Source of the DNA: an uncultured Microbacterium sp.
Lineage (GTDB): Bacteria > Actinomycetota > Actinomycetes > Actinomycetales > Microbacteriaceae
Length of the DNA stretch: 64,000 nucleotides
Direction: 5' to 3'
Assembly (NCBI RefSeq): GCF_945952435.1
Contig: NZ_CAMFHZ010000006.1
Coordinates: 83,183 to 147,182 of the forward strand
A program made the translations under genes and the position numbers. The notes under the pieces are model-generated. The model did not search any database. It worked only from the letters and a program-made list of their open reading frames with translations, and was not told where the DNA came from. Positions 1 to 9,912 of this stretch are shown one piece after another (position 1 is the stretch's first letter; each line of letters begins with the position of its first letter).

Positions 1-275
1 CCGGGGAAGATCCCCCGGCCCTCGGGCGACTGCGAGATCCCCTTGACCACCCGCAGGTGGGCCTTCATCTTGGTGATGTCCTGCCCGTCGAACGTGATGG
101 ATCCGCTCGACGGGTTCAGCAGGCCCGAGATCGTCCGCATGGTCGTCGTCTTGCCCGCGCCGTTCGCGCCGATGAGGGAGACGATCTCGCCCTCGTCGAC
201 CGAGAACGAGATGTCGTGGATCGCTTTGATCCGGCCGTAGTGGACGGAGACGTCCTTGAGCTCAAGCAGCGTCAT
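1..275 (-). CDS. livF: Branched-chain amino acid ABC transporter ATP-binding protein (LivF type); 3' part lies beyond the window edge
   Basis: Reverse translation from cat at 273-275 gives [53 protein letters not shown] (Walker A GANGAGKT). It overlaps the livG stop by 14 nt. Confidence 0.85.
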   Translation of the reverse strand, partial: MTLLELKDVSVHYGRIKAIHDISFSVDEGEIVSLIGANGAGKTTTMRTISGLLNPSSGSITFDGQDITKMKAHLRVVKGISQSPEGRGIFP

Positions 276-1170
276 CTTCGGGCTCCCCCAGGTAGGCGGC
301 GATCACGCGCGGATCGTTGCGGATGGCGAGCGGCACGTCGTCGGCGAGCTTGCGCCCGAACTCGAGCACCACGATGCGGTCGGTGACGCCCATCACGAGC
401 TTCATGTCGTGTTCGATGAGCAGAACCGTGTACCCCTCGTCCCTGATGGACCGGATGAGGGCCATCAGATCCTCCTTCTCCGCCGGGTTGAAGCCCGCGG
501 CGGGCTCGTCCAGGCAGAGCAGCTTCGGATCGGTCGCGAGGGCTCGGGCGATCTCCAGACGGCGCTGGGATCCGTACGACAGGTCGCGCGAGCGCTTCTG
601 CGCGTGCTGTGCGATGCCGACGAACTCCAGCAGCGCCATGGCGCGCTCGACCGAGCTCTTCTCCTCCCGCACGTGCCGCGGCAGGCGCAGCAGCGCACCG
701 GGGACCGACGTGCGGTGACGGGCGTCCAGGCCCACGACCACGTTCTCCAGGGCGGTCATCTCGCCGAACAGGCGGATGTTCTGGAACGTGCGCGCCAGGC
801 CCATCCGGGTGATCTGATGCTGCTTGCGCCCCTTGACCGACACGCCCTCGAGGAGCACGTCGCCGCTCGTGGGCTTGTAGACGCCGGTCATGGCGTTGAA
901 GCAGGTCGTCTTGCCCGCGCCGTTCGGCCCGATGAGTCCGAGGATCTCCCCCCGCTTGATGTCGAACGTGACGTCGTCCAGGGCCGTGAGGCCGCCGAAC
1001 TTGATCGTCAGGTTCTTCACCTCGACGAGCTTCTCGCCCACCTCGACGTCGATCGGACGCTCCGACTCCGCACCCTCGACGAGAGGCGGCTCCTGACCGG
1101 GCACGATCGCCGGCTCCGCGGGGTCGAGGACGGGCTCGACGTTCTCCGGCTGCGCGCTCTGGTCGCTCAT
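262..1170 (-). CDS. livG: Branched-chain amino acid ABC transporter ATP-binding protein (LivG type)
   Basis: Lies in ORF 262..1566(-). I set the start at MSDQSAQ (ATG 1170), which overlaps the livM stop as ATGA. Walker [10 protein letters not shown], signature [13 protein letters not shown], Walker [11 protein letters not shown]. Confidence 0.9.
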   Translation of the reverse strand: MSDQSAQPENVEPVLDPAEPAIVPGQEPPLVEGAESERPIDVEVGEKLVEVKNLTIKFGGLTALDDVTFDIKRGEILGLIGPNGAGKTTCFNAMTGVYKPTSGDVLLEGVSVKGRKQHQITRMGLARTFQNIRLFGEMTALENVVVGLDARHRTSVPGALLRLPRHVREEKSSVERAMALLEFVGIAQHAQKRSRDLSYGSQRRLEIARALATDPKLLCLDEPAAGFNPAEKEDLMALIRSIRDEGYTVLLIEHDMKLVMGVTDRIVVLEFGRKLADDVPLAIRNDPRVIAAYLGEPEDDAA

Positions 1171-2366
1171 GATGCGCTCCCTTCCGTGCGCGGCGCGGCC
1201 GGTGGTGCCGCGTTCTTGGGCACCTTCGGCGGCATGATCCACTCGCCCGCCTTGCGTCCAAAGGCCATCAGGCGCATCTTGGCGGGGATCAGACCCTGCG
1301 AACGGTAGATCATCAGGATCACGAGGGCGACGCCGAAGATGAGGTACTTGTAGTCGGCGATCGCCGTGAAGCGCAGCGGGATGTACGCGACGATCGCGCC
1401 ACCGAGGATCGCACCCACCTTGTTGCCCGTACCGCCCAGGACGACCGCGGCGAGGAAGAGGATCGAAGTCTGCACATCGAACTTCTGGTTGTTCACGAAG
1501 CCGACCTGACCGGCGAACAGCGCCCCGGACAGACCGCCGACGCTCGCGCCGATCGCGAAGGCCCACACCTTGTACTTGAAGGTGGGCACGCCCATCGTCT
1601 CCGCGGCGTCCTCGTCCTCGCGGATCGCGATCCAGGCGCGGCCGACGCGCGAGCGCTCCAGGTTGCCCACGAGCAGCAAGATGATGATGAGGATCGTGAT
1701 CGTCAGCCAGTACCAGGGCGTGCCGTTCGAGTTGGCGAAGATCGGGATCCCGTTGGGACCGTTCCCCGGAGGCCGGCCGACGTTCTGGAAGCCGACCTGG
1801 CCCTTCATCGCGGGGATGATCGTGGCGAGGATGCGGACGATCTCACCGAAGCCGAGCGTCACGATCGCGAGGTAGTCGCCCCGCAGACGCAGCGTCGGCA
1901 CGCCGAGCACCACGCCGAAGATCATCGCGATGACCATCGCCAGCGGCAGCGTCCACAGGTACGGGATCTTCAGATACGGCGAGTCCGGGCTCGTGAACAT
2001 CGCCGCCGTGTACGACCCGACCGCGAAGAACGCGACGTAGCCGAGGTCGAGCAGACCCGCGTAGCCGACGACCACGTTCAGGCCGACGGCGACGAGTGCG
2101 TAGACCGCCATCGCGAAGAGCGCGAGCGGCCAGTCGTTGCCGGGCGAGGTGGTGAGCGGGAAGAAGTTCAGGTAGGGCATCGCATAGGCGATCGCCACCA
2201 CCGGGATCATCCACGCCCACTGCATGGGACGCGAGAGGCCGTTCCAGCGCTCGCGGAAATCCCGGAACGGTCCGCGACGCGGGGTCGCGATCGATTCGGT
2301 CTCGATCGCCTCGCGGGCGGATTCCGCGGTCGGGAGGGGACGGGGTCCGTCGGCCGAGGTGCTCAT
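1167..2366 (-). CDS. livM: Branched-chain amino acid ABC transporter permease (LivM type)
   Basis: Lies in ORF 1167..2459(-). Start set at MSTSADG (ATG 2366), in ATGA overlap with the livH stop. Polytopic membrane sequence typical of LivM (LDLGYVAFFAVGSYTAA). Confidence 0.85.
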   Translation of the reverse strand: MSTSADGPRPLPTAESAREAIETESIATPRRGPFRDFRERWNGLSRPMQWAWMIPVVAIAYAMPYLNFFPLTTSPGNDWPLALFAMAVYALVAVGLNVVVGYAGLLDLGYVAFFAVGSYTAAMFTSPDSPYLKIPYLWTLPLAMVIAMIFGVVLGVPTLRLRGDYLAIVTLGFGEIVRILATIIPAMKGQVGFQNVGRPPGNGPNGIPIFANSNGTPWYWLTITILIIILLLVGNLERSRVGRAWIAIREDEDAAETMGVPTFKYKVWAFAIGASVGGLSGALFAGQVGFVNNQKFDVQTSILFLAAVVLGGTGNKVGAILGGAIVAYIPLRFTAIADYKYLIFGVALVILMIYRSQGLIPAKMRLMAFGRKAGEWIMPPKVPKNAAPPAAPRTEGSAS

Positions 2367-3379
2367 GCCTTGCTCCTTCCGAGGGTGGTTCCGAGGATGC
2401 CGGTCGGCCGCACGAGGAGGACGAGCACGAGGATCACGAAGGCCACGACGTCGGCCCACTGCGCGTCGCCGAGCAGGATCTGCCCGTAGTTGCCGACGAC
2501 GCCGAGCAAAATGCCGCCGAGCAGCGCTCCGCGCACGTTGCCGATGCCGCCGAGCACCGCCGCCGCGAACGCCTTGACGCCGAGGATGAAGCCGCCGTTG
2601 TAGATGACGCCGGACGGGACCAGCATCACGTAGAACAGGGCCGCAGCGCCGGCGAGCAGACCGCCGATGATGAACGTGATCACGATGGTGCGCTCCTTGG
2701 AGACGCCCATCAGGGTCGCGGTGTCGGGATCCTGCGCGACCGCGCGGATCCCGCGGCCGGTGCGGCTGCGCCGGATGAACAGGTCGGTGCCGACCATGAG
2801 CAGCACGGCCGCGACGACGATGATGATCTGCTGGTTCGTGATGATCGTCCCGAACACGTCGAACACGGGCGTCGGGATGAACATCGTCACCGCGGGCTGC
2901 GCGTTCGCCCCGCCGATGAACGGCAGGAAGATCAGGTACTGGATCGCGAACGAGACGCCGATCGCTGTGATGAGGAACGCGAGTCGCGGCGCGTTCCGTT
3001 TGCGCAGCGGTCTGTAGGCCACGCGTTCGACGATGAACGCGGTGACCGCCGAGGCCAGCATGCCGACCACGAGGGCGAGCAGCAGGTCCATGATGATCGC
3101 GGCGGGGCCGATCGTCGGCGCGCTCGGGCCGAAGCCGAGAGAGGTGAGGGTGATGACGACGCCGTAGGCGCCGACGATGAAGACCTCCGAGTGGGCGAAG
3201 TTGATGAGGCTCAGGACGCCGTAGACGAGCGTGTAGCCCACGGCGATGAGTCCGTAGACGGCCCCGAAGGTGAGGCCGTCGAAGGTGGCGCTCCAGAAGT
3301 TCTGGAAGAGCGCGTTGACGTCAAAGTTGATCCAGGAGGAGTCCGCGTGCACGACGGACAGGGCGAAGAGATCGAGCAT
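2363..3379 (-). CDS. livH: Branched-chain amino acid ABC transporter permease (LivH type)
   Basis: ORF 2363..3379(-), 338 aa, polytopic. LivH-like motifs (GLIAVGYTLVYGVLSLINFAHSE). Confidence 0.85.
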   Translation of the reverse strand: MLDLFALSVVHADSSWINFDVNALFQNFWSATFDGLTFGAVYGLIAVGYTLVYGVLSLINFAHSEVFIVGAYGVVITLTSLGFGPSAPTIGPAAIIMDLLLALVVGMLASAVTAFIVERVAYRPLRKRNAPRLAFLITAIGVSFAIQYLIFLPFIGGANAQPAVTMFIPTPVFDVFGTIITNQQIIIVVAAVLLMVGTDLFIRRSRTGRGIRAVAQDPDTATLMGVSKERTIVITFIIGGLLAGAAALFYVMLVPSGVIYNGGFILGVKAFAAAVLGGIGNVRGALLGGILLGVVGNYGQILLGDAQWADVVAFVILVLVLLVRPTGILGTTLGRSKA

Positions 3380-3430
3380 TCAGGGTCGCTTCCAAGCGGG
3401 CGCGGGTCTCGCGCCGGGAACGAGCGGGGG

Positions 3431-3472
3431 AAAAGGATCCCGCGACGCGGTGGTGTCTGCGTCGCGGGATCC
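3431..3472 (-). terminator. Intra-operon rho-independent-type hairpin after the binding-protein gene
   Basis: Perfect 14-bp stem: ggatcccgcgacgc (3435-3448) pairs with gcgtcgcgggatcc (3459-3472). On the minus strand it is followed by TTTTCCCCC. It sits between the SBP stop (3479) and the livH start (3379). Confidence 0.6.
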
Positions 3473-3478
3473 CGTCGG

Positions 3479-4696
3479 TCACTTTCCGATCTGTCCGATG
3501 TAGACGATCTTGCCGTCCTCGATCTTGTAGCCGTAGACCGCCGGAGCCTGCAGTTCACCCGTGGAGTCCCACTTGTAGTGCTTGCTCAGGCCGTCCTTGT
3601 CGTAGTCCTTCACCCAGGACTTGAGGTCGGCGCGGCTGGTCTTGCCCGCGTCGATGCCGCTCAGCAGCACGGTGGCCGCGTCGTAACCCTCGATGGAGTA
3701 CGTGCCGGGCTCGGCGCTGAACGCCGTCTTGTACTGGCCCTCGAAGTCCTTCAGCAGCTCGCCCGGGATGCAGGGGCAGGTGAAGAAGGCGTTCTTGGAC
3801 GCGTCGCCGGCCAGCTTGATGAACTGGTCGTCCTTGACGCCGTCGGGGCCGACGAACGAGCCGGTGAAGCCCTTGGCGACTAGCTGCTGGTCGAACGGGG
3901 CGGCCTCGGCGTAGTAGCCGGCGTAGTAGACCGCGTCGGGCTTGGCGTTCATGATCTTGGAGATCACGGCCGAGAAGTCCTTCTGGCCCGTGGTGACCTT
4001 GTCGCTGCCGATCTTGGCGGAGCCGAGCGCGTCACCGGTCGTCTTGGCCAGGCCGATGCCGTAGTCGGAGTCGTCCTGCACGAGGTAGACCTTCTTGGCC
4101 TTGAGCGTGTCGGTGACGAACTTGGCGGCGGCGGGACCCTGCTGCGAGTCGTTGCCGAGGCCGCGGAAGAACGTCGACCAGTCGTTCTTGGTCAGGTCGG
4201 GGTTCGTCGCCGAGGGCGTGATGTGCACGAGGCCCTGCTGCTCGAAGATGTTGCCCGTGGCCTTGGACTCGCCCGAGAAGGGGAGGCCGATGACGCCGAC
4301 GATGTCGGACTCGCTGACCGCCTGGGTCACCGGGCCCGTCGCCTTGTTCGGGTCGCCCTCGGTGTCGAACTTCTTGAACGCGACCTGGCAGCCGGGGTTG
4401 GCCTTGTTGTGCTGGTCGATCGCCAGCTGGACGCCGTTGAAGATGTTGATGCCGAGCTGGGCGTTGGGGCCGGTCTCCGCACCGATGTAGCCGATGGTGA
4501 GATTCGAGCACGTCGCCTTGCCGTCGCCCGCGGGCAGGACCGCGTCCTTCGGGGTCTCGACGGACGTCACCGTGGGGACGTCGACTCCGCCGCTGCCGGA
4601 GGAGGACGACGGCGTGGCCGCCTGGTTCGCGCAGCCCGCCAGCAGCAGCAGCGCTGCCGCAGCCGCGACACCCGCGATGGCCTTCTTTCGCAACAT
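3479..4696 (-). CDS. Branched-chain amino acid ABC transporter substrate-binding lipoprotein (LivK/LivJ family)
   Basis: ORF 3479..4696(-), 405 aa. Lipoprotein signal MLRKKAIAGVAAAAALLLLAGC. Periplasmic binding protein type I composition. It heads the liv operon. Confidence 0.85.
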   Translation of the reverse strand: MLRKKAIAGVAAAAALLLLAGCANQAATPSSSSGSGGVDVPTVTSVETPKDAVLPAGDGKATCSNLTIGYIGAETGPNAQLGINIFNGVQLAIDQHNKANPGCQVAFKKFDTEGDPNKATGPVTQAVSESDIVGVIGLPFSGESKATGNIFEQQGLVHITPSATNPDLTKNDWSTFFRGLGNDSQQGPAAAKFVTDTLKAKKVYLVQDDSDYGIGLAKTTGDALGSAKIGSDKVTTGQKDFSAVISKIMNAKPDAVYYAGYYAEAAPFDQQLVAKGFTGSFVGPDGVKDDQFIKLAGDASKNAFFTCPCIPGELLKDFEGQYKTAFSAEPGTYSIEGYDAATVLLSGIDAGKTSRADLKSWVKDYDKDGLSKHYKWDSTGELQAPAVYGYKIEDGKIVYIGQIGK

Positions 4697-4875
4697 GTGA
4701 TTGCCTTCCGATTCGGGTCACCGGTCGACCACTTCGTGGACTCCGGCGTCATCAAGGTGTGGTGAGCGTACAACGCTGTGGCCGCTCCGCGCACGACATT
4801 AGTCCGACGGAGTCCAGTTTTCGCGTGATAACGCGGGATGGATGTTCGGATCGTTACCTGCGCGACTTCTGCGCG

Positions 4876-5907
4876 TCATCTGTCGAAGGCGAGGAGGACT
4901 TTTCCGGAGCGGGAGGGATCGGCGGCCAGGCGGAACGCCTCGGCCGATTCCGACACGCCGAGCACGTGCGTGACGATCCCCTCGACGTCGAGCGATCCGT
5001 CCGCGAGGGCCGCGATCACCGCATCCAGCTCGCCCGCGAAACGCAGGGATCCGATCAGGCGCAGCTCCCGGACGATCGCGGTCGCGATCGGGACGGGGAC
5101 CTCACCGGCGCGCTGGAGCCCCAGCAGGACGACGGTCCCTCCCGGTCTGGCCGCGGAGATCGCTGCGGCCAGACCCTGCGGCGTCCCGCTCGACTCGACG
5201 ACCACGTCGGCGTACAGCCCCGAGATCGTCGACGCGTCGCGCGCGTCGATCGCCGTGGCCCCGCGGCGGGCGGCGAGTGCGAGCGGGAGGGGATGCAGGT
5301 CCGTGACCGCCACGGACGCCGCTTCGTGGTGCCGCGCGACCGCCGCGACGAGTTGACCGATCGGACCTCCGCCGATGACCACGACGCTGCGCCCTCGGAC
5401 GTCGCCCGCCTGCCCGAGGCCGTGCCAGGCGACCGCGGCGGGCTCCGCGACCGCGGCGAGGGCCGGATCGAGTCCGGCCGGAAGCGCGCGCAGCATGCGC
5501 GTCGGCACCGCGACCCGCCGCGCGAACGCGCCCTGCGTGTGCGGGAGGTGCATCGCGGAGCCGAGATAGGTCGAGGCCGGCGCCAGGTTGGGCCTGTCCT
5601 GCGGCCAAGGCGTCACGCCGTCCCCGTGCGGGGTGAGCGGGTGGACGGCGACGGCCGTCCCTGCCGCAGGACCGGATCCGTCCGCCGCGGCGACGAGCAC
5701 CGTGCCGGAGACCTCGTGCCCCAGGATCATCGGCTCGCGTAGGACGGAGGCCCCTGCGGCGCCGTGCTGGACGTAATGCAGATCGGAGCCGCAGATGCCG
5801 CCGAACGCGATCTCGACGACGGCCTCGTCGGGGCGCGGTGCCGGCTCGGCGATCTCCTCGACGCGCAGGTCGCCCGCGGCGTGGACGACGACGGCGATGT
5901 TCGGCAT
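4876..5907 (-). CDS. idnD: L-idonate 5-dehydrogenase-like zinc-type (MDR) alcohol dehydrogenase
   Basis: 343 aa. GGICGSDLHY, ILGHEVSG and YLGSAMHLPHTQGAF resemble E. coli IdnD (GGICGSDLHYY ... FFGSAMYFPHVDGGF). The structural-zinc Cys cluster is absent. Confidence 0.7.
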   Translation of the reverse strand: MPNIAVVVHAAGDLRVEEIAEPAPRPDEAVVEIAFGGICGSDLHYVQHGAAGASVLREPMILGHEVSGTVLVAAADGSGPAAGTAVAVHPLTPHGDGVTPWPQDRPNLAPASTYLGSAMHLPHTQGAFARRVAVPTRMLRALPAGLDPALAAVAEPAAVAWHGLGQAGDVRGRSVVVIGGGPIGQLVAAVARHHEAASVAVTDLHPLPLALAARRGATAIDARDASTISGLYADVVVESSGTPQGLAAAISAARPGGTVVLLGLQRAGEVPVPIATAIVRELRLIGSLRFAGELDAVIAALADGSLDVEGIVTHVLGVSESAEAFRLAADPSRSGKVLLAFDR

Positions 5908-5974
5908 GGGTTCCTCCTCGAGTGGGGTCCGGTCCTCTGGGACAGGACGGGTCTTCAGCGTCGCCGGCGTGCGT

Positions 5975-6703
5975 TCAGCGCAGCGGCGTCTCCAGTCGCA
6001 CGCCGCCCACGGTCACCGCGACGACCTGCCCCGGACGCACCGCGTTCTGCGAGAACGGGGCACCGGTCATGACGACGTCTCCCGGCCCGAGCGGCGACCA
6101 CGCCGCCACGTAGGCGAGACACCGCCGGATCGGGACGGGCAGAGCGGCGGCCCCCGTCGCGGCGACCGTCACGCCGTCGATCTCGAGCCTCAGCGCGACG
6201 TCGTCGAGGTCGAGAGCGGTGTCGATCCACGGCCCGAGCGGGGTGTACCCGGCACCGGACTTGGACTCGAAGTTGCGCGGATCGAAGGACGACCTGTCCG
6301 GGCTGGACAGGTCGTCGACCGCCGTGATCCCGAGCACGTACTCGTGCGCGTTCTCCGCGGTGAGCCCGTCCGTCCCGCGACCGAGCACGACCGCGATCTC
6401 CCCCTCCGCGACTACCTGGCCGGCGTCTCGACGCAGCAGCACGGGGACCCCAGAGCCCACGATCGTGCGCGGGCTCTTCAGCCACGCCTGCACAGGCGAG
6501 ACATGGTCGGGGCCGTTCTGCGCGATCCCCACGACGACGAGCGGATCCGAGGGCGCCAGGAGCACTCCCTCGGCAGGGCCGAGATCGGCCGGCTCCCTGC
6601 CCGCGGCGAAGGCGCGGTAGGGGTCCTCGATGCGGACGAGGCCCTCCCCCTCCTCGCGCACGAACACGGTGCCGTCGTGGGTCGCCGCACGCCCGATCCG
6701 CAT
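5975..6703 (-). CDS. Fumarylacetoacetate hydrolase (FAH) family protein
   Basis: Lies in ORF 5975..6817(-). Start set at MRIGRAA (ATG 6703), a 1-nt overlap with the idnO stop. FAH-family C-terminal pattern (GEIAVVLGR ... GITAVDDLS ... GDVVMTGAP). Confidence 0.75.
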   Translation of the reverse strand: MRIGRAATHDGTVFVREEGEGLVRIEDPYRAFAAGREPADLGPAEGVLLAPSDPLVVVGIAQNGPDHVSPVQAWLKSPRTIVGSGVPVLLRRDAGQVVAEGEIAVVLGRGTDGLTAENAHEYVLGITAVDDLSSPDRSSFDPRNFESKSGAGYTPLGPWIDTALDLDDVALRLEIDGVTVAATGAAALPVPIRRCLAYVAAWSPLGPGDVVMTGAPFSQNAVRPGQVVAVTVGGVRLETPLR

Positions 6704-7494
6704 CAGACCACCGCCGTCATTCCGCCGTCCACGTAGAGCGTCTGTCCGTTCACGAAGTCGCTCGCGGCACTGGCGAGGAAGACCGCGGCACCGACCAGAT
6801 CGCGAGGATCGCCCCATCGCCCGGCCGGGGTGCGTCCGCGCACCCAGGCCGAGAACGCCTCGTCGTCGACGAGGGCGCGGGTCAGCGCCGTCTCGAAGTA
6901 GCCCGGCGCGATCGCATTCGCCTGCACGCCGTGCGGACCGAGATCGGCGCAGAGCCCCCGCGTGAACATCACGATCGCCCCCTTCGTGGCCGCGTAGGCC
7001 GCGATCGACGGACGGGCGAGCTGCGACTGCACCGATCCGATCTGGATGAGCTTGCCGGATCCCCGTGCGATCATGCCTCGCGACACCGCCCTGCTGAGCG
7101 CGAACACCGCGCCGAGGTTGGTCTGCACGAGCGCGTCCCAGTCCTCGTCGGCGAAGGCGTCGATGCGTGCGCGGCGCTGGATCCCCGCGTTGTTCACGAG
7201 CACGTCGATGCGGCCGTGACGCGCCTCGATCCTCGCCACGGCGGCGTCGATGCCCGCGGTCTCCGTGAGCTCGAAGGCCTCTGCCGCCGCAGGCACCCCC
7301 GTCGCCGCCGCGATCTCCTCCGCGACCGCCTCCGCCGACCGCAACGAGCGTCCGTGCACGATCACCGTCGCCCCGGCCGCGGCGAGCCCCTCGGCGATCG
7401 TGCGGCCCAGTCCTCGGGTGGAGCCGGTCACGAGCGCGACGCGCCCGGTGAGGTCGAAGGCGGACAGTCCCGCGGGGAGGTCGATCGCGCTCAT
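6703..7494 (-). CDS. idnO: Gluconate 5-dehydrogenase / 5-keto-D-gluconate 5-reductase (SDR)
   Basis: C-terminal part of ORF 6703..9039(-), from MSAIDLPAG (ATG 7494). TGSTRGLG, VLVNNAGIQRR, YAATKGA and RWGDPRDLVGAAVFLASAASDFVNGQTLYVDGGM align closely with E. coli IdnO/Gno. Confidence 0.85.
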   Translation of the reverse strand: MSAIDLPAGLSAFDLTGRVALVTGSTRGLGRTIAEGLAAAGATVIVHGRSLRSAEAVAEEIAAATGVPAAAEAFELTETAGIDAAVARIEARHGRIDVLVNNAGIQRRARIDAFADEDWDALVQTNLGAVFALSRAVSRGMIARGSGKLIQIGSVQSQLARPSIAAYAATKGAIVMFTRGLCADLGPHGVQANAIAPGYFETALTRALVDDEAFSAWVRGRTPAGRWGDPRDLVGAAVFLASAASDFVNGQTLYVDGGMTAVV

Positions 7495-8903
7495 GCCCGC
7501 ACCGCCGAGAGGGACACGGTCGTGGCGTCGACCCCTTCCCCGGTCTCGTCGCGCGACACCTTCACGGCGTCGTCCACCCGCGTCAGGTCGCGGCGCAGCG
7601 TCTCCGGGGCGAGGAAGGTCGATGCGGTCGTGATGAGCGCGAGCACGGCCATGTAGGTCGCGAGCAAGACCCAGTTGTTGCCGCTCACCGCGAGCAGGTA
7701 GGCGCCGAGCACACCGGCCAGACCACCGGCCAGCACCGCCGAGATCTCCCGGGCCATCGCGACGCCGAGGTAGCGGTGCCGGTTGCCGAAGAGCTCGGGG
7801 AGCATGGCGCACTGCGGACCGAGCATCGAGTTGACGGCGACCCCGATGCCGATGGCGATCACGCCGACCGCGAGGAAGGGGTTGCCGAGCGACAGCATCC
7901 ACCAGGCGGGGAACGCGTACGCGAGCATGAACACCGCTCCGAACCGGTACACGGTGCGCCGGCCGAACCGGTCGGAGAGATAGCCGGTGAACGGCACGGA
8001 GAACACGCCGATCAGGGAGCCGATCGTCACGCCCCAGGTCAGCAGGCTCTTGTCCGCGATGGGGCCCACGACGGCCACGAAGAACGCCAGGCCGAGGGTC
8101 TGGAACATGTACGAACCGCCGTTCTCCGCCATGCGCAGTCCGATGCCGACGATCACGCCGGGCAGGCCGTGGCCGAAGATCTCGCGGAACGGGTGCTCTG
8201 CGACCTGCTCGTGCTTCTCCAGCTCCACGAAGGTCGGGGTCTCGCGCAGCCGCATCCGGATGAACAGGGCGAGCAGGATCAGCACGAACGAGAAGAGGAA
8301 CGGAACGCGCCAGCCCCAGCTCAGCAGCTGCTCCTTCGGCAGCGTCGAGATGCCCGCGAAGACGAGGGCGGCGAGCACCGTGCCGGCCTGGATCCCGATG
8401 AACGGCAGCGCCGCGAAGTAGCCGCGCCGGCGCACGGGCGCGTACTCGGCCATGAGCACCGTCGCCCCGGCCTGCTCCGCGCCGGCGCCGAACCCCTGGA
8501 GCAGGCGCATGAGCACGAGGAGGACCGGCGCCCACAGCCCCACCGCCGCGTACGTCGGCAGCAGCCCGATCGCGGTGGAGGCGCCTCCCATCAGCACGAT
8601 CGTCGCGACGAGCACCCACTTGCGCCCGAGCTTGTCGCCGAGGATCCCGAAGAACAGACCGCCGAAGGGCCGGGCGAGGAAGCCGACGCCGAAGGTCGCG
8701 AACGCGGCGACGGTCGCCATCCCCGGGTTGCCCTGGGGGAAGAACAGGACGTTGAAGATGAGCGCCGTGGAGAGGCCGTAGAGGGCGAAGTCGAAGTACT
8801 CCAGTGCGCTCCCGATGCTCGAGGCGAGCGTGGCCCGACGCAGATTCGCTGCGTACTCCGGATCCTCCGACGGTGTCTGCGCGGCGGGGTGCGTGGTCGT
8901 CAT
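7491..8903 (-). CDS. MFS transporter (metabolite:H+ symporter type), probable sugar-acid importer
   Basis: Lies in ORF 7491..8951(-). Start set at MTTTHPAAQ (ATG 8903). 12-TM-like profile. MFS motif GILGDKLGRKWVL. First gene of the idnO-FAH-idnD operon. Confidence 0.8.
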   Translation of the reverse strand: MTTTHPAAQTPSEDPEYAANLRRATLASSIGSALEYFDFALYGLSTALIFNVLFFPQGNPGMATVAAFATFGVGFLARPFGGLFFGILGDKLGRKWVLVATIVLMGGASTAIGLLPTYAAVGLWAPVLLVLMRLLQGFGAGAEQAGATVLMAEYAPVRRRGYFAALPFIGIQAGTVLAALVFAGISTLPKEQLLSWGWRVPFLFSFVLILLALFIRMRLRETPTFVELEKHEQVAEHPFREIFGHGLPGVIVGIGLRMAENGGSYMFQTLGLAFFVAVVGPIADKSLLTWGVTIGSLIGVFSVPFTGYLSDRFGRRTVYRFGAVFMLAYAFPAWWMLSLGNPFLAVGVIAIGIGVAVNSMLGPQCAMLPELFGNRHRYLGVAMAREISAVLAGGLAGVLGAYLLAVSGNNWVLLATYMAVLALITTASTFLAPETLRRDLTRVDDAVKVSRDETGEGVDATTVSLSAVRA

Positions 8904-8948
8904 GCCATCTCCTTCGATCGGCTCGCCTCGGCGATGGGATGACAATAC

Positions 8949-8978
8949 CAACCCGCTGGTCCTTGTTCAACCCTGTGG
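8949..8978. promoter_or_regulatory. Tandem pair of 11-nt boxes (caacccgctgg / caaccctgtgg) upstream of the MFS-idnO operon; candidate operator
   Basis: Copies at 8949-8959 and 8968-8978 (19-bp spacing), 46 nt upstream of the MFS start. The same CCAACCC-N9-TGTTCmACCC architecture recurs at 11036-11061. Confidence 0.45.
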
Positions 8979-9091
8979 ACGGACCTTCCGCGGCACTCGA
9001 CAGTCCCTCCCCGATCGCGTCACGATCGAACGCGCGCACGAATGCGGCGCGAGAGGGATCCGGGCGCGGGCCAGGCGCGGATCCGAGCCGT

Positions 9092-9889
9092 TCAGCGCGA
9101 GCGCGCGGCGCCGCTGAACGGGTTCGTCAGCGCCTTCGCGGCATCCTGCAGCGCATGACCGACGCGTTCGATGCGGTCGTATCCTGCGTCGGCGGCCGGG
9201 ATCGCGACGCCCAGCGCGAGCGCCGGATCCGACGGGGACCATCCGTCCAGCGGCACGGCGACGCCGACGATCCCACGGAACGACTCCTCGCCGTCGATCG
9301 TCCACCCGCGCGTCCGACCCGCCCGGAGCGCCTCCCACAGAGCTTCCAGGCCCGTGGCGCTGCGCTCCGTGAGCGCGGGGAAGGAGGCGTCCGCTCCGAG
9401 CAGCGCCTCCACCTCGGCGTCGCTCAGGGCCATGAGCAGCGCACGACCGGCCGCCGAGAGCGCGGCGGGCAGCCGGGAGCCCAGAGGCGTGCCCAGGCGC
9501 ATCGTGCGCGAGCCCTCGTACCGGGCCAGGTACAGCGCGTCGGTGCCGTCGAGCATCGCGACCTGGACGAGCTCGCCGGACAGGACCGGCGACGCCTCGC
9601 AGACGGCGTAGAACTCGCGGACCTGATTGAACTGCGCCGCGAAGGCACCGCCGAGCTCGGCCGTCCGCACCCCGAGACGATAGCCCTGGGCGCCTCGTTC
9701 CACCATGCCACCCGCCTCGAGGGCGAGGCAGAGGTTGGCGGTCGACGACTTGGCGAGACCGAGGCCGCTCGCGAGCTCCGTCAGCGTCCGCGGCCCCGCC
9801 GCCTCGGCGAGCAGGCCGAGCAGACGGATGCTCCGGGTCACGGCGGGCGCCGGATCGCGTCCTTCGCGGACGTCGCCCTCATCGGCCAT
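9092..9889 (-). CDS. IclR family transcriptional regulator
   Basis: C-terminal part of ORF 9092..10681(-), from MADEGDV (ATG 9889). N-terminal wHTH (RSIRLLGLLAEAAGPRTLTELASGLGLAKSSTANLCLALE) plus an IclR effector domain. Confidence 0.85.
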   Translation of the reverse strand: MADEGDVREGRDPAPAVTRSIRLLGLLAEAAGPRTLTELASGLGLAKSSTANLCLALEAGGMVERGAQGYRLGVRTAELGGAFAAQFNQVREFYAVCEASPVLSGELVQVAMLDGTDALYLARYEGSRTMRLGTPLGSRLPAALSAAGRALLMALSDAEVEALLGADASFPALTERSATGLEALWEALRAGRTRGWTIDGEESFRGIVGVAVPLDGWSPSDPALALGVAIPAADAGYDRIERVGHALQDAAKALTNPFSGAARSR

Positions 9890-9912
9890 GCGGAACTCCC
9901 TCGGTGATGCGG

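Noticed and set aside
256-1308. Many long ORFs in the six-frame track lie antisense or out of frame to recognisable genes. Examples: 256..1308(+), 7776..8942(+), 13445..14440(+), 19209..20750(+), 34173..35984(+), 52374..54251(+), 54302..56281(-), 56295..58295(-), 60264..62840(-).
   Set aside because: Their translations are Arg/Pro/Gly/Ala-rich low-complexity strings typical of wrong frames in roughly 70% GC DNA. In each case the other strand or frame encodes a protein with clear family motifs.
6703-9039. Very long N-terminal extensions of real genes. Examples: 778-aa ORF 6703..9039, 529-aa ORF 9092..10681, 936-aa ORF 22258..25068, 828-aa ORF 46401..48887, 659-aa ORF 49427..51406.
   Set aside because: Only the C-terminal portions match protein families. 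The true starts are supported by SD sequences, start/stop overlaps with neighbouring genes and family-typical N-termini. The extensions run through other genes.
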